Shown here: positions 37,133-43,552 of the stretch, one piece after another | Layout: each line of letters starts with the position of its first letter | How positions within the stretch are numbered: the stretch's first letter is position 1 | DNA from: a virus | Taxonomy: Duplodnaviria; Caudoviricetes | Reading direction: 5' to 3' (one strand) | Virus record (IMG/VR): IMGVR_UViG_3300028585_000008 | Span: 1-43,552 of that record | DNA: 43,552 bases | Made by a program: the position numbers and the translations under genes | Notes under the pieces: generated by a model | What the model saw: the letters and a program-made list of their open reading frames with translations, nothing else | What the model was told of the DNA's origin: nothing | Databases searched by the model: none

Positions 37133-37548
37133 GCTGCCAGATCCTCTAGCTGCTGCTCGATGCGGCGAGTGAACGTCCAGGCGTCTTGCACCGCGAAGCC
37201 GAAGGCATCTTGCGGCGTTTCGGCTTCGGCGATGAACTGTTTCTCGGTGTTGATGTAGCAAGCGTAGCCAACGACTTCATATTCATTGGCCGTCTTGCTG
37301 CCTTCGGTGCGCTGCATGATGCGAGCGGTCGCTTTCTGCGCCGAGGCGTTCCAGCCACCATTCTCCCAAACATGCGGCTCCCACCCGCTTCCCATCTTCT
37401 CCGCCATATCTGCGGCCTCCGAGATCGCCCGATCGTAGCCCGCTTTTGTGCAGTTGCACCCACACCGGGGGGAGCAGAACACACCGCCCGGGAGATCGCG
37501 GGCGACCCACCCGTTACCTGGCTCGGGCGCCATGAGTGCAGTTGCCAT
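37129..37548 (-). CDS. Hypothetical protein (CSPRCGCNC motif)
   Basis: TGATG coupling; WEPHVWENGGW motif. Confidence 0.65.
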   Translation of the reverse strand: MATALMAPEPGNGWVARDLPGGVFCSPRCGCNCTKAGYDRAISEAADMAEKMGSGWEPHVWENGGWNASAQKATARIMQRTEGSKTANEYEVVGYACYINTEKQFIAEAETPQDAFGFAVQDAWTFTRRIEQQLEDLAA

Positions 37549-37721
37549 CACTTCGCCCCTTCGCCAGCAAGAACCGCAATCCGCCCCGTCGCCGCATCCC
37601 GCAGCGCCTGCCCCTCGTCCTCGGACAGCGCCGGCAGCGTCAGCCGCACCGCCTTGTTGATGCGCTCGGGGTCCGTGGCGACTGAGCCGCGATGCGCGAC
37701 GATGTTGGCGGGCGCGTTCAT
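37548..37721 (-). CDS. Hypothetical protein (MNAPANI...)
   Basis: ATGA coupling. Confidence 0.55.
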   Translation of the reverse strand: MNAPANIVAHRGSVATDPERINKAVRLTLPALSEDEGQALRDAATGRIAVLAGEGAK

Positions 37722-37840
37722 CCGAACACAGCCCAACCAGCGAGGCACCAAACAATCGCCAGCGTCCAAAGCAGCACCGTCAGCCACAGCGGCTCAGCGG
37801 ATGCTTCGGCGATGGTGGTGAATTTCTGGAATGGGGTCAT
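37718..37840 (-). CDS. Small membrane protein (40 aa, MTPFQKF...), below ORF-track cutoff
   Basis: ATGA overlaps at both ends, single TM. Confidence 0.55.
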   Translation of the reverse strand: MTPFQKFTTIAEASAEPLWLTVLLWTLAIVWCLAGWAVFG

Positions 37841-38166
37841 GACAGGTCACTCAGTTCGGAGGCTTCTGCGCAAAGGGATTCAAAAGCCTCATCAGTGAGC
37901 GCGGGAAGCAAGCGAATGCGGACCGGGCCGTTCAGGCCGTCGCCCTCGATAACTGCGTGCGTTCCTGCGCGCTCATCTCTACTGAGGTTGCGCCACTTCG
38001 AGACTAGGTAAGCGCCAAACATGCAGGCAGTGGGCGCGCCTCGCTGCGTCGGGCCTACTGAGAAGCCCGCGCGCTTCATGAGGCGTTTGGCAGAACTGTA
38101 TGCCTCGTGAGCCGCGCTCCCGTGGAAAACCACGAAATGCCGGCCTTGCTGTACGGTTTCGCTCAC
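37837..38166 (-). CDS. Hypothetical protein
   Basis: 109 aa, GFSVGPTQRGAP and VSKWRNLS motifs. Confidence 0.65.
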   Translation of the reverse strand: MSETVQQGRHFVVFHGSAAHEAYSSAKRLMKRAGFSVGPTQRGAPTACMFGAYLVSKWRNLSRDERAGTHAVIEGDGLNGPVRIRLLPALTDEAFESLCAEASELSDLS

Positions 38167-38333
38167 TTGCCGTTCTCCAAGATCCAGTTGTCGATCTCCT
38201 CGAACAGCGCCGCGCGCGTAGGCTCGACGAAACTGCGGCTGTCGTCCGGGCCGTCAAAGTCCGGGTGTGTTGCTTCCCACCAGCCGAGCCAGTTCTCTTC
38301 GATCAGCCAGCCGCGATGACGCTCTTTAGTCAT
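38163..38333 (-). CDS. Hypothetical protein
   Basis: WEATHPDFDG motif, ATGA coupling. Confidence 0.6.
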   Translation of the reverse strand: MTKERHRGWLIEENWLGWWEATHPDFDGPDDSRSFVEPTRAALFEEIDNWILENGK

Positions 38334-38593
38334 GCCCGCGCCCTCTCTGCTTTGATGCCATTGATGGTCCGGCGCGCGTCGGTCGCCCATTTGGCCAAGT
38401 CGCCAAAGTTTCCGGCCAGCGCGTCTTCGATGATCTCGATCAGTTCGGCGATCTGCGCGTCTGCGAGTTCGGCGATCGGCTCAGCATCAATCAAGGCAGC
38501 CGTGTAACCAATGTGATGGCCCTGCTCCCATTCTGTGGGGTCGCTGAGGCTGACGCCACCAAGCGCGTCGATCGTGCGTGCGATAGTGCTCAT
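38330..38593 (-). CDS. Hypothetical protein
   Basis: ATGA coupling. Confidence 0.6.
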   Translation of the reverse strand: MSTIARTIDALGGVSLSDPTEWEQGHHIGYTAALIDAEPIAELADAQIAELIEIIEDALAGNFGDLAKWATDARRTINGIKAERARA

Positions 38594-38838
38594 GCCACAT
38601 CCATCGCGTTGCAAGCCCGCGTCCACGTCAGCCCTGTCAGCGCATGCAGGGTCTCGCAGAACTCGGACTGCAACGCTTCCTGCCGCCCCTCTAGACGGGT
38701 CCACGCAGCATCCTCGTCTACGGTGGGATCACGCCCAACGCACTGAGCGCGCAACGTCGAGAACCACACGCCATTGATGTGCAGATCCTGCGCGATCGAG
38801 GGCAGGCTGCGGGTGATTGCTGCTGGTTGCGTGGCCAT
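38590..38838 (-). CDS. Hypothetical protein
   Basis: GGAGG RBS, TGATG coupling. Confidence 0.6.
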   Translation of the reverse strand: MATQPAAITRSLPSIAQDLHINGVWFSTLRAQCVGRDPTVDEDAAWTRLEGRQEALQSEFCETLHALTGLTWTRACNAMDVA

Positions 38839-39218
38839 CAGAACGCCTCCTCAAGATCGTCTTCGTCTTCATCTTCGACGTCATCAAAGACAGGTGCGGG
38901 CGTCAGTCGCTCGATCAAATCGTCGAGATCGCCGACCTTCCACTTGTCGCGGAACTCAACGGCAGCGGCGAGAAGGGCCTCATTGCGCGCTAGATGCGCC
39001 GCAACCTGACGATCACGTTTGTCCCACATCGCAGCCCATTTCGGATTGCTCATGGAGCAGATGCGGTGGTGAGTGACGTAGTGCCAGTCCCAATTCGCGG
39101 TTTTCTGGTAGGACAGGTATTCGCCATCAGTGATCGGCTTCTTGCAGGTGCTGCAATTCATTTCGCCGGTCGATGATGTCGCTGCATTGAGCAACTGGTG
39201 TCCGTAGGGCTGGCCCAT
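38838..39218 (-). CDS. Hypothetical protein, possible Zn-binding (CSTC...HxxC), acidic tail
   Basis: GGAGG RBS, TGATG coupling. Confidence 0.65.
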   Translation of the reverse strand: MGQPYGHQLLNAATSSTGEMNCSTCKKPITDGEYLSYQKTANWDWHYVTHHRICSMSNPKWAAMWDKRDRQVAAHLARNEALLAAAVEFRDKWKVGDLDDLIERLTPAPVFDDVEDEDEDDLEEAF

Positions 39219-39481
39219 CAGAACGCCTCCGTCGCAGGCCAAGCCGAACCCAGCCACAGAACCGGCTCATCGCTCTGCCGATCGAGGTACGAAGCCGTCA
39301 GACCGCCGCACTCGGGGCAGTAGCATACCTCTGTCGGGCGGATCGTGTCGCAGCCGCCACAGCGCCACACGTCGGGCGCGCTTGGGTCGTTGGCGTCGTA
39401 TCCGTCGCCTCGGTCCCACGTTGGTCGCAGCACTGCGCGGGTGTTCTCGGCGGCTATGTCGGGGAAGGTGGCGTGCTTCAT
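39218..39481 (-). CDS. Zn-ribbon protein
   Basis: WRCGGC...CPECGG. Confidence 0.65.
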   Translation of the reverse strand: MKHATFPDIAAENTRAVLRPTWDRGDGYDANDPSAPDVWRCGGCDTIRPTEVCYCPECGGLTASYLDRQSDEPVLWLGSAWPATEAF

Positions 39482-39705
39482 GCCTGCACCACGCGGTAGG
39501 CGAGCGCGGCATCCGCCATCGTGTAGCAGTGACGGACCTGTTCAGCCGCTGTCAGGTTGACACCGAAATTGTAGTTTGCTGCCAGCGCCTGCCCTGCGAA
39601 CCAGTCGCGCAGGGTCATGCCGGTCTGCGCGGTGTCAAACGCTACGGGGAATGCTGGGGGGTTCTGTTCCGTTGCCACGGTGCGTGATCTCTGCGGGGCG
39701 TTCAT
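39478..39705 (-). CDS. Conserved phage hypothetical protein
   Basis: PAFP...GMTLRDWFAGQAL...YTMADA motif widespread in temperate phages. Confidence 0.8.
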   Translation of the reverse strand: MNAPQRSRTVATEQNPPAFPVAFDTAQTGMTLRDWFAGQALAANYNFGVNLTAAEQVRHCYTMADAALAYRVVQA

Positions 39706-39911
39706 TCGGGTTCTCCACGCAAATCGGCGGCGCTAGGTTTATTAGCGACCCGGACAAGACGCAGTTTTGCGAGCCGTAGCGGCTCACTCTTTTCGCCAAG
39801 CCGAACGGTTAACGTTTTGCCCTCGGACCAACTTTCCAGCCTGAGTGCATCGCTGATTATGTCCAAGACATCTTCGTCGGACATGCCGGAGAAGTTGGCG
39901 GGGGCGTTCAT
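39702..39911 (-). CDS. Hypothetical protein (MNAPANF...)
   Basis: ATGA coupling. Confidence 0.6.
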   Translation of the reverse strand: MNAPANFSGMSDEDVLDIISDALRLESWSEGKTLTVRLGEKSEPLRLAKLRLVRVANKPSAADLRGEPE

Positions 39912-40219
39912 GCTGCAAGCGCCTGAACAGCAGCCTCAGCCTGGGCGAGGCGATTGCGCGCTTCTTCAAGCTCGCGGGTACGCGCCGTATGCTCGTCTGG
40001 CCACGCTGCGTTTGCTGCTACGATAGCCTTTGCCAGCGCCTCGCTCAGGCTCGTGGTGGAACTGCCAAGCTCGCATGCACCATACCGATGGAGATAGACG
40101 GTATAGCTGCCCTTGGTCATGCTCGCCGAAGCGGCGCCATGCGGCCAATGCGCTTTTACGTAGGCTGCGATCTCGGATGCGATCGCGTCAATATGCCCTG
40201 ACTGTGCCACGGCGTTCAC
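39908..40219 (-). CDS. Hypothetical protein
   Basis: GTGA coupling. Confidence 0.6.
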   Translation of the reverse strand: MNAVAQSGHIDAIASEIAAYVKAHWPHGAASASMTKGSYTVYLHRYGACELGSSTTSLSEALAKAIVAANAAWPDEHTARTRELEEARNRLAQAEAAVQALAA

Positions 40220-40425
40220 GCTGCCACCTGCACGAGCGAGCCGTTGCCGATCGCCTGCTTGAACTGCCACACGGGCAGATACGTGCCGATGCCGCTGCCG
40301 TCAGTGCGGCGAACGTCCACGCTCTTGCTGTTGCTGCGGAACTCTACGTCGTACTCGCGGCCGGCGGTCAGATAATCGAACGCGGTAACGACGGAGTAGC
40401 GGGCCTTGGAGGTGTAATGTGCCAC
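40216..40425 (-). CDS. Hypothetical protein, first gene of the leftward early operon
   Basis: AGGAG RBS, downstream of putative PL. Confidence 0.65.
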   Translation of the reverse strand: MAHYTSKARYSVVTAFDYLTAGREYDVEFRSNSKSVDVRRTDGSGIGTYLPVWQFKQAIGNGSLVQVAA

Positions 40426-40472
40426 GGTGCGTGATCTCCTGCCGAGCGAGATGTTCGCTGCGGTGTGGAGAC

Positions 40473-40525
40473 TGTTTAGATCAGCTAAACGTGGCGCGCA
40501 AGAGAAAAGTTTAGATTATCGAAAC
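40473..40525 (-). promoter_or_regulatory. PL promoter with two operators (OL)
   Basis: Minus strand TTGCGC-17-TAAACA; palindromes GTTTAG-ATCAG-CTAAAC (40474-40490) and GTTTAG-ATTAT-CGAAAC (40509-40525). Confidence 0.8.
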
Positions 40526-40530
40526 ACGGT

Positions 40531-40845
40531 TTAGCGCGCGCAAGGAAATGCTTTCATGAGAGTCGCAGCGACGAGCCCTGCGGCACCTTGATTTCTCGTT
40601 ACGGGATCGTCTCGGAGATCCTTGACAACAATATCTTCTAACTGGCCCGGCGTGACGTTCGAGGGGATGCAAACCAGCTTAGAGCCGATGCCTGCATCTT
40701 GATATGTGTTAACTAAGTCAGTGACGCCGCGAATGTAGGAAACGCATCTCCCTTGGCTGAAAAGCGTTTGATCTAGACATTGCGCATAGAGCGTATTCCC
40801 CGTGTCGAAGGCCATCCCAGATGCTAAAAGAAGTGCGATAAACAT
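40531..40845 (-). CDS. Rap1a/Tai-family immunity protein
   Basis: Short signal peptide, then TGNTLYAQC...CVSYIRGVTD...CIPSNVTPGQL..IVV...P..R...AA.LV......AFPC with four Cys. Confidence 0.8.
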   Translation of the reverse strand: MFIALLLASGMAFDTGNTLYAQCLDQTLFSQGRCVSYIRGVTDLVNTYQDAGIGSKLVCIPSNVTPGQLEDIVVKDLRDDPVTRNQGAAGLVAATLMKAFPCAR

Positions 40846-40852
40846 ATTTTTA

Positions 40853-41170
40853 TTATCCGTTAGTGCCGTCACGCTCCGGCGCCTGCTCAAACATTTTGGT
40901 ATTCTCGATCGCCTCAAGCGCGGAGGATCGCAGCCGTTTCAATGCGGCCGCATCCTCGGGGTGCATCAGCAATTCAAAAGGCGCGATGTTGAGATAGGCG
41001 GCAATTTCGTTGATTGCTTCGCGCGTATACTGCTGCTCACCTCGGATCATGAGGCTGACCCGCGCCTTGTTCCACTCCAGGTCGCGAGCAACGTCAGCCT
41101 GCTTCTTGCCGGCATAGGCAAGCCATTCCTTGAAATACCAATCATGATCCGGCGCAGCCATGCCGGACAT
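40853..41170 (-). CDS. cI: CI-like repressor (XRE HTH, no S24 peptidase domain)
   Basis: FKEWLAYAGKKQADVARDLEWNKARVSLMIRG HTH; divergent from cro and between operator pairs; start 41170 or 41161. Confidence 0.8.
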   Translation of the reverse strand: MSGMAAPDHDWYFKEWLAYAGKKQADVARDLEWNKARVSLMIRGEQQYTREAINEIAAYLNIAPFELLMHPEDAAALKRLRSSALEAIENTKMFEQAPERDGTNG

Positions 41171-41194
41171 ATACCATCCTGCGCGCCACGGGTC

Positions 41195-41247
41195 GTTTCG
41201 GCGGCCTAAACAATGCGCTTGCGAAAAACGTTTAGAATGGCTAAACA
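41195..41247 (+). promoter_or_regulatory. PR promoter with two operators (OR)
   Basis: TTGCGA-17-TAAACA (41219-41247); palindromes GTTTCG-GCGGC-CTAAAC (41195-41211) and GTTTAG-AATGG-CTAAAC (41230-41246). Confidence 0.8.
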
Positions 41248-41253
41248 TGCTGG

Positions 41254-41475
41254 ATGATGACGCTTGCAGCATATTTGGAACGACCGGGCTCCATGCAGCT
41301 TACCGAGCTGGCGAAAGCCATCGGGATTTCCAAAGGTAGACTTTCGCAGCTTCGCGATAGCCGCGAGTGGCCCCCAGCTCTGGCGCTTTCTGCCGAGAGG
41401 GCGACCAACGGGGCTTTGAGCGCATCCCTGATTTGCCCTGTTGTCGCCGAAGCCCGCCACGGGCTCGCAGCATGA
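41254..41475 (+). CDS. cro: Cro-like repressor
   Basis: LTELAKAIGISKGRLSQL HTH and AERATNGALS Cro/YdaS-like tail; divergent from cI. Confidence 0.8.
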   Translation: MMTLAAYLERPGSMQLTELAKAIGISKGRLSQLRDSREWPPALALSAERATNGALSASLICPVVAEARHGLAA

Positions 41476-41621
41476 CCAGCCCCACAGCCGCAGCGATCCT
41501 GATCGCCACCTACTTCGCCGCCCTCATCCTGCTCTGGGCGTGGGCCTTCCTCGCGCCTGTCGAGCGGGTTGAGGAGCAGATTGAATATCGTATTCATACG
41601 GAGGCTTCTAATGCTGCATAA
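41472..41621 (+). CDS. Small membrane protein
   Basis: ATGA coupling to cro; hydrophobic AILIATYFAALILLWAWAFL. Confidence 0.55.
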   Translation: MTSPTAAAILIATYFAALILLWAWAFLAPVERVEEQIEYRIHTEASNAA

Positions 41622-42069
41622 CAGCAATGTCTTACCGCGCCGGTCGCGGCCGACCAAAAAATCATACCGCAGTGCCGTAAAGCAGATCGTGCTTGCTATT
41701 CAGGCGGAGCATGGCCTCAACGATCCGGAATTAGCTGAACGGCTGGGTTGCTCGGCGCCGACGATCGCCAACGCGCGGCGCGAGAATACCAACCTCGACG
41801 GCGTGACGCTCGCAAATATTGAGTATGAGTTCGGCCCAAGCGCACTGGACCCGTTCCTTGCATTGGGCGGGTCTCGTGGTGTTCCGTTGCCGGTCATCGA
41901 CAATTCCGCGGGCTCGCCTGAGATCGCATTGCTCGATGCCCTCCGTGTCGTGTTTGCCACGACGGGCGCAGATAGCGGCGAGCGCATGCACACGCTGCGA
42001 GCCGCTCGGTCTGAGTTAGACAAGCTGATCGCTGACGGCGAAGGCTCTGGCCTGCGGGTGGTCGCATGA
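41611..42069 (+). CDS. HTH regulator (CII position)
   Basis: GGAGG RBS; LNDPELAERLGCSAPTIANAR HTH. Confidence 0.7.
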   Translation: MLHNSNVLPRRSRPTKKSYRSAVKQIVLAIQAEHGLNDPELAERLGCSAPTIANARRENTNLDGVTLANIEYEFGPSALDPFLALGGSRGVPLPVIDNSAGSPEIALLDALRVVFATTGADSGERMHTLRAARSELDKLIADGEGSGLRVVA

Positions 42070-42251
42070 AGCGCGCTGCCGTCCACCATATTCACTCTGA
42101 CCGGATCGCCCGTGCGCTTGAGAAGCAGGCGATGGTCGAGGCAGCTGCTGCGCTTGCGCCGGCAATCGCGGCACTGTCCCGCGAGCACCGGGTTACCCCT
42201 CGCACGATCGCACGCATCGCCGCTGTTCGCGCTGCTGAGGTGTCAGCATGA
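42066..42251 (+). CDS. Hypothetical protein
   Basis: ATGA coupling at both ends. Confidence 0.55.
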   Translation: MKRAAVHHIHSDRIARALEKQAMVEAAAALAPAIAALSREHRVTPRTIARIAAVRAAEVSA

Positions 42252-42637
42252 CGCACCTATTCCACGTAGACGCGCCCGCGGTAGCCGATCCGGGCGACGA
42301 GCTGGCACTACAAATCGCGCTGCGCAAGGCGATCAGCAAGACGCCGAGCGTAAAGCTGGTAGCGATCCCCAATGGCGCGCAGCGCACGACCTGGGCGGCT
42401 ATGAAAGCCAAGCAAGAAGGGATGGCCGCAGGCTTTCCGGACTGCGAGATCCTCTGGAATGGTGGTCGCGCCTATGTCGAGTTGAAGACGCGCACGGGCA
42501 CGCTCTCCGAGCAGCAGCACGTCTGGCTAAACTGGCTGACGCAGAACGGCCATTCGTGCGGTGTCTTCCGCTCGGTCGCGACGTGCCTGACTTGGCTGCA
42601 TGGCCTTGGCGCACCAGTCGCGAGGGTGACGGCATGA
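42248..42637 (+). CDS. VRR-NUC domain nuclease (resolvase-like)
   Basis: AIPNG, GFPD, YVELKTRTGTLSEQQ PD-(D/E)xK motifs. Confidence 0.85.
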   Translation: MTHLFHVDAPAVADPGDELALQIALRKAISKTPSVKLVAIPNGAQRTTWAAMKAKQEGMAAGFPDCEILWNGGRAYVELKTRTGTLSEQQHVWLNWLTQNGHSCGVFRSVATCLTWLHGLGAPVARVTA

Positions 42638-43077
42638 GCGAAGATGCTTTCGAGGCGTATGGCGAGCAAGTCGCGCCGGTTATTGCAGACCGACGCCCGA
42701 ACCGCCGTGCGAAACAGCCGTCTGCTCTCGACCTAAAGATGGAGGAAAAGGCTCGCCTGACGCGTGCTTATAAGGCCGCGAAACGCGCCGAACGTATTGA
42801 GATCCTGAAAGCCGAACCCCGGCTTCTCGACTTCATGCGTTACCTGCGCAGCGTTACGGCCGATCAGGCGGATGACCTGCTCGAGGCGGTCGCCGACAGC
42901 AAATGGCTTATGTCGGCGCCGCAGACTGTGCGCGGTTTCGCGCTCAGCCGCATTGCGCGCCGCCAGGAGAAGCTCCTGTTGATGCTCGGCATGATCCCTT
43001 TGGATGACCCGATGCCGCCCGAAACGTCCGTATTCTTTGAGGCGCAGAAGCTGCTTCGCCGAGGTGGTGCGCTGTGA
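42634..43077 (+). CDS. Hypothetical protein (MSEDAFEAYG...)
   Basis: ATGA coupling; 3' part of track ORF 42112-43077. Confidence 0.65.
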   Translation: MSEDAFEAYGEQVAPVIADRRPNRRAKQPSALDLKMEEKARLTRAYKAAKRAERIEILKAEPRLLDFMRYLRSVTADQADDLLEAVADSKWLMSAPQTVRGFALSRIARRQEKLLLMLGMIPLDDPMPPETSVFFEAQKLLRRGGAL

Positions 43078-43364
43078 GCGATCCCTTTGACGACTATGGC
43101 ATCGCTGTCACGAAGCCCGAGCGGGCGCCTGCACTGACGGGGCCGATCAAGACCCGCGCTGCTGCTCGAGCAGAATATGCCGGCATCATCGCAGAGCTTT
43201 ACGGCTGCGAGGATCAGGACACACTCGACCTGTACCTGATGACGATCGGCGAACAGCTTCTGCAGTTCGAAAACGAGATCGATTTTCTCTGGCTTGGCGA
43301 CGGCGCCGATTTCCTCGGCCTGAACCGCGAGATCGAACAAGCGAAATTACGAGTTTCGGCCTGA
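43074..43364 (+). CDS. Hypothetical protein
   Basis: GTGA coupling, GAGG RBS. Confidence 0.65.
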   Translation: MSDPFDDYGIAVTKPERAPALTGPIKTRAAARAEYAGIIAELYGCEDQDTLDLYLMTIGEQLLQFENEIDFLWLGDGADFLGLNREIEQAKLRVSA

Positions 43365-43425
43365 ACGGGCCGGAAGGCGGGCGCACATTCTGCGTCCGAA
43401 ACACAAGCAAGGAAAAGACACCATG

Positions 43426-43552
43426 AACGCAATGACCGAACTCAATCAGAGCACTGCACTTGCCGCACCCGGTGGCTATGATCCGTTTGCCGCTTATGGC
43501 CAGGAGGCCTCGAACGCCGGCGCCTTCCTGAAATTCTCCAAGGGTGAATGGC
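43426..43552. repeat. Terminal direct repeat, right copy
   Basis: Identical to 1-127. Confidence 0.95.

Overview
The window is an apparently complete, circularly assembled temperate phage genome of 43,425 bp. Positions 1-127 repeat at 43426-43552, most likely an assembler overlap. It is GC-rich with a P22-like podovirus virion module: TerS, TerL, portal, scaffold, coat, gp4/gp10-like tail proteins, three ejection proteins and tail fibres. It also has an AEP-type primase/SF3 helicase followed by an iteron-rich origin, a GH19 endolysin/holin/Rz-Rz1 lysis cassette, a tyrosine integrase and excisionase with an attP carrying the 3' half of tRNA-Pro(TGG), and a cI/cro switch with four 17-bp operators. 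An alphaproteobacterial host (possibly a sphingomonad) is an inference only. The most unusual elements are: (1) a signal-peptide-bearing, Cys-rich GH66 dextranase-family enzyme with a CBM6-like tail, coupled to the tail-fibre genes; (2) an unannotated 36-aa Pro-rich peptide coupled to a 5-TM protein directly upstream of the lysis genes; (3) a ~80-nt hairpin leader that buries the Shine-Dalgarno of the major capsid gene; (4) a Rap1a/Tai-family T6SS immunity gene directly behind cI; (5) an SGNH esterase tail protein. All family assignments come from motif recognition by eye, not database searches.
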